Shown: positions 24,501 through 37,500 of the stretch, piece after piece
How positions within the stretch are numbered: position 1 is the stretch's first letter
How the letters are laid out: every line of letters begins with the position of its first letter
Source of the DNA: Eledone cirrhosa
Lineage: Eukaryota
Length of the DNA: 64,000 nucleotides
Assembly (NCBI GenBank): GCA_964016885.1
Contig: CAXHJY010000082.1
Coordinates: 146,783-210,782 of the forward strand
Reading direction: 5' to 3'
The notes under the pieces: model-generated
What the model was told of the DNA's origin: nothing
Seen by the model: the letters and a program-made list of their open reading frames with translations, nothing else
The model's database searches: none
Position numbers and translations under genes: made by a program

Positions 24501-25590
24501 TGACTATGGTGATGATGACTCTGGTGATGATGACTCTGACGATGATGACTATGGTGATGATGACTCTGACGATGATGACTATGGTGATGATGACTATGGT
24601 GATGATGACTATGGTGATGATGACTATGGTGATGATGACTATGGTGATGATGACTCTGGTGATGATGACTATGGTGATGATGACTATGGTGATGATGACT
24701 ATGGTGATGATGACTATGGTGATGATGACTATGGTGATGAAGACTATGGTGATGATGACTCTGGTGATGATGACTCTGGTGATGATGACTATGGTGATGA
24801 TGACTCTGACGATGATGACTCTGGTGATGATGACTATGGTGATGATGACTATGCTGATGATGACTACGGTGATGATGACTCTGGCGATGATGACTATGGT
24901 GATGATGACTCTGGTGATGATGACTCTGGTGATGATGACTATGGTGATGATGACTCTGGTGATGATGCCTCTGGTGATGATGACTCTGGTGATGATGACT
25001 CTGACGATGATGACTATGGTGATGATGACTCTAGTGATGATGACTATGGTGATGATGACTATGGTGATGATGACTATGGTGATGATGACTATGGTGATGA
25101 TGACTATGGTGATGATGACTATGGTGATGATGACTATGGTGATGATGACTCAGGTGATAATGACTATGGTGATGATGACTATGGTGATGATGACTCTGAC
25201 GATGATGACTCTGGTGATGATGACTCTGGTGATGATGACTATGGTGATGATGACTCTGGTGATGATGACTATGGTGATGATGACTCTGGTGATGATGACT
25301 CTGGTGATGATGACTATGGTGATGATGACTATGGTGATGATGACTCTGGTGATGATGACTCTGACGATGATGACTATGGTGATGATGACTATGGTGATGA
25401 TGACTATGGTGATGATTACTATGGTGATGATGACTATGGTGATGATGACTATGGTGATGATGACTATGGTGATGATGACTATGGTGATGATGACTCTGGT
25501 GATGATGACTATGGTGATGATGACTCTGGTGATGATGACTATGGTGATGATGACTATGGTGATGATGACTATGGTGATGATGACTGGTGA
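18523..25590 (+). CDS. Asp-rich reading block 2, (GDDDY/S)n, 2,355 codons, ending GDDDW-stop; possibly pseudogenic or non-coding
   Basis: C-terminal part of track ORF 1..25590. The Asp frame resumes at GGT 18523 after the 2-bp deletion and ends at TGG TGA 25585-25590. Confidence 0.2.
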   Translation, partial: GDDDYGDDDSGDDDYGDDDSDDDDSGDDDYGDDDSDDDDSGDDDYGDDDYGDDDYGDDDYGDDDYGDDDSDDDDYGEDNYGDDDYGDDDSGDDDPGDDDSGDDDSGDDDYGDDDYGDDDYGDDDSGDDDYGDDDSEDDDYCDDDYGDDDYGDDDYGDDDSDDDDYGDDDYGDDDYGDADSGDDDYGDDASGDDDSGDDDYGDDDYGDDDYGDDDYGDDDYGDDDYGDDDYGDDDYGDDDYGDDDSDDDDYGDDDYGDDDYGDDDYGDDDYGDDNYGDDDYGDDDSDDDDYGDDEYGDDDSGDDDSDDDDYGDDDYGDDDYGDDDSHDDDYGDDDSDDDDYGDDDYGDDDSGDDDYGDDASGDDDSGDDDYGDDDYGDDDSGDDDSDDDDYGDDDYGDDDYGDDDYGDDDYGDDDYGDDDSGDDDYGDDDYGDDDYGDDDSDDDDSGDDDYGDDDSGDDDYGDDDSDDDDSGDDDYGDDDYGDDDYGDDDYGDDDYGDDDSDDDDYGDDNYGDDDYGDDDSGDDDPGDDDSGDDDSGDDDYGDDDYGDDDYGDDDSGDDDYGDDDSEDDDYCDDDYGDDDYGDDDYGDDDSDDDDYGDDDYGDDDYGDADSGDDDYGDDASGDDDSGDDDYGDDDYGDDDYGDDDYGDDDYGDDDSDDDDYGDDDYGDDDYGDDDSDDDDYGDDDYGDHDYGDDDYGDDDYGDDNYGDDDYGDDDSDDDDYGDDEYGDDDSGDDDSDDDDYGDDDYGDDDYGDDDSDDDDYGDDDYGDDDYGDDDYCDDDSGDDDYGYDDYGDDDSDDDDYGDDDSGDDDSDDDDYGDDDSDDDDYGDDDYGDDDYGDDDYGDDDYGDDDSGDDDYGDNDYGDDDSGDDDYGDDDSGDDDYGDDDSGDDDYGDDDSDDDDSGDDDYGDDDYADDDYGDDDSGDDDSDDDDYGDDDYGDDDYGDDDSGDDDYGDDDSGDDDSGDDDYGDDDYGDDDYGDDDSGDDDYGDDDYGDDDSGDDDSDDDDYGDDDYGDDDYGDDDSGDDDYGDDDSGDDDSGDDDYGDDDYGDDDYGDDDYGDDDYGDDDSDDDDYGDDDYGDDDYGDDDYGDDDSDDDDYGDDDYGDDDYGDDDSGDDDYSDDDSDDDDYGDDDYGDDDSGDDDSGDDDSDDDDYGDDDYGDDDSDDDDYGDDDYGDDDSGDDDSGDDDSGDDDSDDDDYGDDDSDDDDYGDDDFDDDDSGDDDYGDDDYGDDDYGDHDYGDDDYGDDDYGDDDYGDDDSGDDDYGDDDYGDDDYGNDDYGDDDYGDDDYGDDDYGDDDYCDDDSGDDDYGYDDYGDDDSGDDDYGDDDYGDDDYGDDDYGDDDYGDDDYGDDDYGDDDYGDDDYCDDDSGDDDYGDDDYGDDDYGDDDYGDDDYGDDDYGDDDYCDDDSGDDDYGYDDYGDDDSDDDDYGDDDSGDDDSDDDDYGDDDSDDDDYGDDDYGDDDYGDDDYGDDDYGDDDSGDDDYGDDDYGDDDYGDDDYGDDDSGDDDYGDDDSGDDDYGDDDADDDDSGDDDYGDDDYADDDYGDDDYGDDDSGDDDYGDDDYGDDDSGDDDSDDDDYGDDDYGDDDYGADDSGDDDYGDEDSGDDDSGDDDYGDDDYGDDDSGDDDSGDDDYGDDDYGDDDYGDDDYGDDDYGDDDSDDDDYGDDDYGDDDYGDDDYGDDDSDDDDYGDDDYGDDDYGDDDSGDDDYSDDDSDDDDYGDDDYGDDDSGDDDSGDDDSDDDDYGDDDYGDDDSDDDDYGDDDYGDDDSGDDDSGDDDSGDDDSDDDDYGDDDSDDDDYGDDDFDDDDSGDDDYGDDDYGDDDYGDHDYGDDDYGDDDYGDDDYGDDDSGDDDYGDDDHGDDDYGNDDYGDDDYGDDDYGDDDYGDDDYCDDDSGDDDYGYDDYGDDDSDDDDYGDDDYGDDDYGDDDYGDDDYCDDDSGDDDYGYDDYGDDDYGDDDYGDDDYGDDDYGDDDYCDDDSGDDDYGYDDYGDDDSDDDDYGDDDSGDDDSDDDDYGDDDSDDDDYGDDDYGDDDYGDDDYGDDDYGDDDSGDDDYGDDDYGDDDYGDDDYGDDDYGDEDYGDDDSGDDDSGDDDYGDDDSDDDDSGDDDYGDDDYADDDYGDDDSGDDDYGDDDSGDDDSGDDDYGDDDSGDDASGDDDSGDDDSDDDDYGDDDSSDDDYGDDDYGDDDYGDDDYGDDDYGDDDYGDDDYGDDDSGDNDYGDDDYGDDDSDDDDSGDDDSGDDDYGDDDSGDDDYGDDDSGDDDSGDDDYGDDDYGDDDSGDDDSDDDDYGDDDYGDDDYGDDYYGDDDYGDDDYGDDDYGDDDYGDDDSGDDDYGDDDSGDDDYGDDDYGDDDYGDDDW
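25573..25590 (+). other. 13-bp variant unit (2-bp deletion), frameshift copy 2
   Basis: Sequence ggtgatgatgactggtga, with the same downstream variant order as copy 1. Confidence 0.95.
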
Positions 25591-28500
25591 TGATGACTAT
25601 GGTGATGATGACTCTGGTGATGATGACTATGGTGATGATGACTCTGATGATGATGACTCTGGTGATGATGACTATGGTGATGATGACTCTGACGATGATG
25701 ACTCTGGTGATGATGACTATGGTGATGATGACTATGGTGATGATGACTATGGTGATGATGACTATGGTGATGATGACTATGGTGATGATGATTCTGACGA
25801 TGATGACTATGGTGAAGATAACTATGGTGATGATGACTATGGTGATGATGACTCTGGTGATGATGACCCTGGTGATGATGACTCTGGTGATGATGACTCT
25901 GGTGATGATGACTATGGTGATGATGACTATGGTGATGATGACTATGGTGATGATGACTCTGGTGATGATGACTATGGTGATGATGATTCTGAAGATGATG
26001 ACTATTGTGATGATGACTATGGTGATGATGACTATGGTGATGATGACTATGGTGATGATGATTCTGACGATGATGACTATGGTGATGATGACTATGGTGA
26101 TGATGACTATGGTGATGCTGACTCTGGTGATGATGACTATGGTGATGATGCCTCTGGTGATGATGACTCTGGTGATGATGACTATGGTGATGATGACTAT
26201 GGTGATGATGACTATGGTGATGATGACTATGGTGATGATGACTATGGTGATGATGACTATGGTGATGATGACTATGGTGATGATGACTATGGTGATGATG
26301 ACTATGGTGATGATGACTCTGACGATGATGACTATGGTGATGATGACTATGGTGATGATGACTATGGTGATGATGACTATGGTGATGATGACTATGGTGA
26401 TGATAACTATGGTGATGATGACTATGGTGATGATGACTCTGACGATGATGACTATGGTGATGATGAATATGGTGATGATGACTCTGGTGATGATGACTCT
26501 GACGATGATGACTATGGTGATGATGACTATGGTGATGATGACTATGGTGATGATGACTCTCACGATGATGACTATGGTGATGATGACTCTGACGATGATG
26601 ACTATGGTGATGATGACTATGGTGATGATGACTCTGGTGATGATGACTATGGTGATGATGCCTCTGGTGATGATGACTCTGGTGATGATGACTATGGTGA
26701 TGATGACTATGGTGATGATGACTCTGGTGATGATGACTCTGACGATGATGACTATGGTGATGATGACTATGGTGATGATGACTATGGTGATGATGACTAT
26801 GGTGATGATGACTATGGTGATGATGACTATGGTGATGATGACTCTGGTGATGATGACTATGGTGATGATGACTATGGTGATGATGACTATGGTGATGATG
26901 ACTCTGACGATGATGACTCTGGTGATGATGACTATGGTGATGATGACTCTGGTGATGATGACTATGGTGATGATGACTCTGACGATGATGACTCTGGTGA
27001 TGATGACTATGGTGATGATGACTATGGTGATGATGACTATGGTGATGATGACTATGGTGATGATGACTATGGTGATGATGATTCTGACGATGATGACTAT
27101 GGTGATGATAACTATGGTGATGATGACTATGGTGATGATGACTCTGGTGATGATGACCCTGGTGATGATGACTCTGGTGATGATGACTCTGGTGATGATG
27201 ACTATGGTGATGATGACTATGGTGATGATGACTATGGTGATGATGACTCTGGTGATGATGACTATGGTGATGATGATTCTGAAGATGATGACTATTGTGA
27301 TGATGACTATGGTGATGATGACTATGGTGATGATGACTATGGTGATGATGATTCTGACGATGATGACTATGGTGATGATGACTATGGTGATGATGACTAT
27401 GGTGATGCTGACTCTGGTGATGATGACTATGGTGATGATGCCTCTGGTGATGATGACTCTGGTGATGATGACTATGGTGATGATGACTATGGTGATGATG
27501 ACTATGGTGATGATGACTATGGTGATGATGACTATGGTGATGATGACTCTGACGATGATGACTATGGTGATGATGACTATGGTGATGATGACTATGGTGA
27601 TGATGACTATGGTGATGATGACTCTGACGATGATGACTATGGTGATGATGACTATGGTGATCATGACTATGGTGATGATGACTATGGTGATGATGACTAT
27701 GGTGATGATAACTATGGTGATGATGACTATGGTGATGATGACTCTGACGATGATGACTATGGTGATGATGAATATGGTGATGATGACTCTGGTGATGATG
27801 ACTCTGACGATGATGACTATGGTGATGATGACTATGGTGATGATGACTATGGTGATGATGACTCTGACGATGATGACTATGGTGATGATGACTATGGTGA
27901 TGATGACTATGGTGATGATGACTATTGTGATGATGACTCTGGTGATGATGACTATGGTTATGATGACTATGGTGATGATGACTCTGACGACGATGACTAT
28001 GGTGATGATGACTCTGGTGATGATGACTCTGACGATGATGACTATGGTGATGATGACTCTGACGATGATGACTATGGTGATGATGACTATGGTGATGATG
28101 ACTATGGTGATGATGACTATGGTGATGATGACTATGGTGATGATGACTCTGGTGATGATGACTATGGTGATAATGACTATGGTGATGATGACTCTGGTGA
28201 TGATGACTATGGTGATGATGACTCTGGTGATGATGACTATGGTGATGATGACTCTGGTGATGATGACTATGGTGATGATGACTCTGACGATGATGACTCT
28301 GGTGATGATGACTATGGTGATGATGACTATGCTGATGATGACTATGGTGATGATGACTATGGTGATGATGACTCTGGTGATGATGACTATGGTGATGATG
28401 ACTATGGTGATGATGACTCTGGTGATGATGATTCTGACGATGATGACTATGGTGATGACGACTATGGTGATGATGACTATGGTGATGATGACTCTGGTGA

Positions 28501-31500
28501 TGATGACTATGGTGATGATGACTCTGGTGATGATGACTCTGGTGATGATGACTATGGTGATGATGACTATGGTGATGATGACTATGGTGATGATGACTAT
28601 GGTGATGATGACTATGGTGATGATGACTCTGACGATGATGACTATGGTGATGATGACTATGGTGATGATGACTATGGTGATGATGACTATGGTGATGATG
28701 ACTCTGACGATGATGACTATGGTGATGATGACTATGGTGATGATGACTATGGTGATGATGACTCTGGTGATGATGACTATAGTGATGATGACTCTGACGA
28801 TGATGACTATGGTGATGATGACTATGGTGATGATGACTCTGGTGATGATGACTCTGGTGATGATGACTCTGACGATGATGACTATGGTGATGATGACTAT
28901 GGTGATGATGACTCTGACGATGATGACTATGGTGATGATGACTATGGTGATGATGACTCTGGTGATGATGACTCTGGTGATGATGACTCTGGTGATGATG
29001 ACTCTGGTGATGATGACTCTGACGATGATGACTATGGTGATGATGACTCTGACGATGATGACTATGGTGATGATGACTTTGACGATGATGACTCTGGTGA
29101 TGATGACTATGGTGATGATGACTATGGTGATGATGACTATGGTGATCATGACTATGGTGATGATGACTATGGTGATGATGACTATGGTGATGATGACTAT
29201 GGTGATGATGACTCTGGTGATGATGACTATGGTGATGATGACTATGGTGATGATGACTATGGTAATGATGACTATGGTGATGATGACTATGGTGATGATG
29301 ACTATGGTGATGATGACTATGGTGATGATGACTATTGTGATGATGACTCTGGTGATGATGACTATGGTGATGATGACTATGGTGATGATGACTCTGACGA
29401 TGATGACTATGGTGATGATGACTATGGTGATGATGACTATGGTGATGATGACTATGGTGATGATGACTATTGTGATGATGACTCTGGTGATGATGACTAT
29501 GGTTATGATGACTATGGTGATGATGACTATGGTGATGATGACTATGGTGATGATGACTATGGTGATGATGACTATGGTGATGATGACTATTGTGATGATG
29601 ACTCTGGTGATGATGACTATGGTTATGATGACTATGGTGATGATGACTCTGACGATGATGACTATGGTGATGATGACTCTGGTGATGATGACTCTGACGA
29701 TGATGACTATGGTGATGATGACTCTGACGATGATGACTATGGTGATGATGACTATGGTGATGATGACTATGGTGATGATGACTATGGTGATGATGACTAT
29801 GGTGATGATGACTCTGGTGATGATGACTATGGTGATGATGACTATGGTGATGATGACTATGGTGATGATGACTATGGTGATGATGACTCTGGTGATGATG
29901 ACTATGGTGATGATGACTCTGGTGATGATGACTATGGTGATGATGACGCTGACGATGATGACTCTGGTGATGATGACTATGGTGATGATGACTATGCTGA
30001 TGATGACTATGGTGATGATGACTATGGTGATGATGACTCTGGTGATGATGACTATGGTGATGATGACTATGGTGATGATGACTCTGGTGATGATGATTCT
30101 GACGATGATGACTATGGTGATAACGACTATGGTGATGATGACTATGGTGATGATGACTCTGGTGATGATGACTATGGTGATGAAGACTCTGGTGATGATG
30201 ACTCTGGTGATGATGACTATGGTGATGATGACTATGGTGATGATGACTCTGGTGATGATGACTCTGGTGATGATGACTATGGTGATGATGACTATGGTGA
30301 TGATGACTCTGGTGATGATGACTCTGGTGATGATGACTATGGTGATGATGACTATGGTGATGATGACTATGGTGATGATGACTCTGGTGATGATGACTAT
30401 GGTGATGATGATTCTGAAGATGATGACTATTGTGATGATGACTATGGTGATGATGACTATGGTGATGATGACTATGGTGATGATGATTCTGACGATGATG
30501 ACTATGGTGATGATGACTATGGTGATGATGACTATGGTGATGCTGACTCTGGTGATGATGACTATGGTGATGATGCCTCTGGTGATGATGACTCTGGTGA
30601 TGATGACTATGGTGATGATGACTATGGTGATGATGACTATGGTGATGATGACTATGGTGATGATGACTATGGTGATGATGACTATGGTGATGATGACTAT
30701 GGTGATGATGACTATGGTGATGATGACTATGGTGATGATGACTCTGACGATGATGACTATGGTGATGATGACTATGGTGATGATGACTATGGTGATGATG
30801 ACTATGGTGATGATGACTATGGTGATGATAACTATGGTGATGATGACTATGGTGATGATGACTCTGACGATGATGACTATGGTGATGATGAATATGGTGA
30901 TGATGACTCTGGTGATGATGACTCTGACGATGATGACTATGGTGATGATGACTATGGTGATGATGACTATGGTGATGATGACTCTCACGATGATGACTAT
31001 GGTGATGATGACTCTGACGATGATGACTATGGTGATGATGACTATGGTGATGATGACTCTGGTGATGATGACTATGGTGATGATGCCTCTGGTGATGATG
31101 ACTCTGGTGATGATGACTATGGTGATGATGACTATGGTGATGATGACTCTGGTGATGATGACTCTGACGATGATGACTATGGTGATGATGACTATGGTGA
31201 TGATGACTATGGTGATGATGACTATGGTGATGATGACTATGGTGATGATGACTATGGTGATGATGACTCTGGTGATGATGACTATGGTGATGATGACTAT
31301 GGTGATGATGACTATGGTGATGATGACTCTGACGATGATGACTCTGGTGATGATGACTATGGTGATGATGACTCTGGTGATGATGACTATGGTGATGATG
31401 ACTCTGACGATGATGACTCTGGTGATGATGACTATGGTGATGATGACTATGGTGATGATGACTATGGTGATGATGACTATGGTGATGATGACTATGGTGA

Positions 31501-34500
31501 TGATGATTCTGACGATGATGACTATGGTGATGATAACTATGGTGATGATGACTATGGTGATGATGACTCTGGTGATGATGACCCTGGTGATGATGACTCT
31601 GGTGATGATGACTCTGGTGATGATGACTATGGTGATGATGACTATGGTGATGATGACTATGGTGATGATGACTCTGGTGATGATGACTATGGTGATGATG
31701 ATTCTGAAGATGATGACTATTGTGATGATGACTATGGTGATGATGACTATGGTGATGATGACTATGGTGATGATGATTCTGACGATGATGACTATGGTGA
31801 TGATGACTATGGTGATGATGACTATGGTGATGCTGACTCTGGTGATGATGACTATGGTGATGATGCCTCTGGTGATGATGACTCTGGTGATGATGACTAT
31901 GGTGATGATGACTATGGTGATGATGACTATGGTGATGATGACTATGGTGATGATGACTATGGTGATGATGACTCTGACGATGATGACTATGGTGATGATG
32001 ACTATGGTGATGATGACTATGGTGATGATGACTCTGACGATGATGACTATGGTGATGATGACTATGGTGATCATGACTATGGTGATGATGACTATGGTGA
32101 TGATGACTATGGTGATGATAACTATGGTGATGATGACTATGGTGATGATGACTCTGACGATGATGACTATGGTGATGATGAATATGGTGATGATGACTCT
32201 GGTGATGATGACTCTGACGATGATGACTATGGTGATGATGACTATGGTGATGATGACTATGGTGATGATGACTCTGACGATGATGACTATGGTGATGATG
32301 ACTATGGTGATGATGACTATGGTGATGATGACTATTGTGATGATGACTCTGGTGATGATGACTATGGTTATGATGACTATGGTGATGATGACTCTGACGA
32401 CGATGACTATGGTGATGATGACTCTGGTGATGATGACTCTGACGATGATGACTATGGTGATGATGACTCTGACGATGATGACTATGGTGATGATGACTAT
32501 GGTGATGATGACTATGGTGATGATGACTATGGTGATGATGACTATGGTGATGATGACTCTGGTGATGATGACTATGGTGATAATGACTATGGTGATGATG
32601 ACTCTGGTGATGATGACTATGGTGATGATGACTCTGGTGATGATGACTATGGTGATGATGACTCTGGTGATGATGACTATGGTGATGATGACTCTGACGA
32701 TGATGACTCTGGTGATGATGACTATGGTGATGATGACTATGCTGATGATGACTATGGTGATGATGACTATGGTGATGATGACTCTGGTGATGATGACTAT
32801 GGTGATGATGACTATGGTGATGATGACTCTGGTGATGATGATTCTGACGATGATGACTATGGTGATGACGACTATGGTGATGATGACTATGGTGATGATG
32901 ACTCTGGTGATGATGACTATGGTGATGATGACTATGGTGATGATGACTATGGTGATGATGACTATGGTGATGATGACTATGGTGATGATGACTATGGTGA
33001 TGATGACTCTGACGATGATGACTATGGTGATGATGACTATGGTGATGATGACTATGGTGATGATGACTATGGTGATGATGACTCTGACGATGATGACTAT
33101 GGTGATGATGACTATGGTGATGATGACTATGGTGATGATGACTCTGGTGATGATGACTATAGTGATGATGACTCTGACGATGATGACTATGGTGATGATG
33201 ACTATGGTGATGATGACTCTGGTGATGATGACTCTGGTGATGATGACTCTGACGATGATGACTATGGTGATGATGACTATGGTGATGATGACTCTGACGA
33301 TGATGACTATGGTGATGATGACTATGGTGATGATGACTCTGGTGATGATGACTCTGGTGATGATGACTCTGGTGATGATGACTATGGTGATGATGACTAT
33401 GGTGATGATGACTATGGTGATGATGACTCTGGTGATGATGACTATGGTGATGATGACTATGGTGATGATGACTATGGTGATGATGACTATGGTGATGATG
33501 ACTCTGGTGATGATGACTATGGTGATGATGATTCTGGTGATGATGACTATGGTGATGATGACGCTGACGATGATGACTCTGGTGATGATGACTATGGTGA
33601 TGATGACTATGCTGATGATGACTATGGTGATGATGACTATGGTGATGATGACTCTGGTGATGATGACTATGGTGATGATGACTATGGTGATGATGACTCT
33701 GGTGATGATGATTCTGACGATGATGACTATGGTGATGACGACTATGGTGATGATGACTATGGTGATGATGACTCTGGTGATGATGACTATGGTGATGAAG
33801 ACTCTGGTGATGATGACTCTGGTGATGATGACTATGGTGATGATGACTATGGTGATGATGACTCTGGTGATGATGACTCTGGTGATGATGACTATGGTGA
33901 TGATGACTATGGTGATGATGACTCTGGTGATGATGACTCTGGTGATGATGACTATGGTGATGATGACTATGGTGATGATGACTATGGTGATGATGACTCT
34001 GGTGATGATGACTATGGTGATGATGATTCTGAAGATGATGACTATTGTGATGATGACTATGGTGATGATGACTATGGTGATGATGACTATGGTGATGATG
34101 ATTCTGACGATGATGACTATGGTGATGATGACTATGGTGATGATGACTATGGTGATGCTGACTCTGGTGATGATGACTATGGTGATGATGCCTCTGGTGA
34201 TGATGACTCTGGTGATGATGACTATGGTGATGATGACTATGGTGATGATGACTATGGTGATGATGACTATGGTGATGATGACTATGGTGATGATGACTAT
34301 GGTGATGATGACTATGGTGATGATGACTATGGTGATGATGACTATGGTGATGATGACTCTGACGATGATGACTATGGTGATGATGACTATGGTGATGATG
34401 ACTATGGTGATGATGACTATGGTGATGATGACTATGGTGATGATAACTATGGTGATGATGACTATGGTGATGATGACTCTGACGATGATGACTATGGTGA

Positions 34501-37500
34501 TGATGAATATGGTGATGATGACTCTGGTGATGATGACTCTGACGATGATGACTATGGTGATGATGACTATGGTGATGATGACTATGGTGATGATGACTCT
34601 CACGATGATGACTATGGTGATGATGACTCTGACGATGATGACTATGGTGATGATGACTATGGTGATGATGACTCTGGTGATGATGACTATGGTGATGATG
34701 CCTCTGGTGATGATGACTCTGGTGATGATGACTATGGTGATGATGACTATGGTGATGATGACTCTGGTGATGATGACTCTGACGATGATGACTCTGACGA
34801 TGATGACTATGGTGATGATGACTATGGTGATGATGACTATGGTGATGATGACTATGGTGATGATGACTATGGTGATGATGACTATGGTGATGATGACTCT
34901 GGTGATGATGACTATGGTGATGATGACTATGGTGATGATGACTATGGTGATGATGACTCTGACGATGATGACTCTGGTGATGATGACTATGGTGATGATG
35001 ACTCTGGTGATGATGACTATGGTGATGATGACTCTGACGATGATGACTCTGGTGATGATGACTATGGTGATGATGACTATGGTGATGATGACTATGGTGA
35101 TGATGACTATGGTGATGATGACTATGGTGATGATGATTCTGACGATGATGACTATGGTGATGATAACTATGGTGATGATGACTATGGTGATGATGACTCT
35201 GGTGATGATGACCCTGGTGATGATGACTATGGTGATGATGACTCTGGTGATGATGACTATGGTGATGATGACTATGGTGATGATGACTATGGTGATGATG
35301 ACTCTGGTGATGATGACTATGGTGATGATGATTCTGAAGATGATGACTATTGTGATGATGACTATGGTGATGATGACTATGGTGATGATGACTATGGTGA
35401 TGATGATTCTGACGATGATGACTATGGTGATGATGACTATGGTGATGATGACTATGGTGATGCTGACTCTGGTGATGATGACTATGGTGATGATGCCTCT
35501 GGTGATGATGACTCTGGTGATGATGACTATGGTGATGATGACTATGGTGATGATGACTATGGTGATGATGACTATGGTGATGATGACTATGGTGATGATG
35601 ACTCTGACGATGATGACTATGGTGATGATGACTATGGTGATGATGACTATGGTGATGATGACTCTGACGATGATGACTATGGTGATGATGACTATGGTGA
35701 TCATGACTATGGTGATGATGACTATGGTGATGATGACTATGGTGATGATAACTATGGTGATGATGACTATGGTGATGATGACTCTGACGATGATGACTAT
35801 GGTGATGATGAATATGGTGATGATGACTCTGGTGATGATGACTCTGACGATGATGACTATGGTGATGATGACTATGGTGATGATGACTATGGTGATGATG
35901 ACTCTGACGATGATGACTATGGTGATGATGACTATGGTGATGATGACTATGGTGATGATGACTATTGTGATGATGACTCTGGTGATGATGACTATGGTTA
36001 TGATGACTATGGTGATGATGACTCTGACGACGATGACTATGGTGATGATGACTCTGGTGATGATGACTCTGACGATGATGACTATGGTGATGATGACTCT
36101 GACGATGATGACTATGGTGATGATGACTATGGTGATGATGACTATGGTGATGATGACTATGGTGATGATGACTATGGTGATGATGACTCTGGTGATGATG
36201 ACTATGGTGATAATGACTATGGTGATGATGACTCTGGTGATGATGACTATGGTGATGATGACTCTGGTGATGATGACTATGGTGATGATGACTCTGGTGA
36301 TGATGACTATGGTGATGATGACTCTGACGATGATGACTCTGGTGATGATGACTATGGTGATGATGACTATGCTGATGATGACTATGGTGATGATGACTAT
36401 GGTGATGATGACTCTGGTGATGATGACTATGGTGATGATGACTATGGTGATGATGACTCTGGTGATGATGATTCTGACGATGATGACTATGGTGATGACG
36501 ACTATGGTGATGATGACTATGGTGATGATGACTCTGGTGATGATGACTATGGTGATGATGACTCTGGTGATGATGACTCTGGTGATGATGACTATGGTGA
36601 TGATGACTATGGTGATGATGACTATGGTGATGATGACTATGGTGATGATGACTATGGTGATGATGACTCTGACGATGATGACTATGGTGATGATGACTAT
36701 GGTGATGATGACTATGGTGATGATGACTATGGTGATGATGACTCTGACGATGATGACTATGGTGATGATGACTATGGTGATGATGACTATGGTGATGATG
36801 ACTCTGGTGATGATGACTATAGTGATGATGACTCTGACGATGATGACTATGGTGATGATGACTATGGTGATGATGACTCTGGTGATGATGACTCTGGTGA
36901 TGATGACTCTGACGATGATGACTATGGTGATGATGACTATGGTGATGATGACTCTGACGATGATGACTATGGTGATGATGACTATGGTGATGATGACTCT
37001 GGTGATGATGACTCTGGTGATGATGACTCTGGTGATGATGACTCTGACGATGATGACTATGGTGATGATGACTCTGACGATGATGACTATGGTGATGATG
37101 ACTTTGACGATGATGACTCTGGTGATGATGACTATGGTGATGATGACTATGGTGATGATGACTATGGTGATCATGACTATGGTGATGATGACTATGGTGA
37201 TGATGACTATGGTGATGATGACTATGGTGATGATGACTCTGGTGATGATGACTATGGTGATGATGACTATGGTGATGATGACTATGGTAATGATGACTAT
37301 GGTGATGATGACTATGGTGATGATGACTATGGTGATGATGACTATGGTGATGATGACTATTGTGATGATGACTCTGGTGATGATGACTATGGTGATGATG
37401 ACTCTGACGATGATGACTATGGTGATGATGACTATGGTGATGATGACTATGGTGATGATGACTATGGTGATGATGACTATTGTGATGATGACTCTGGTGA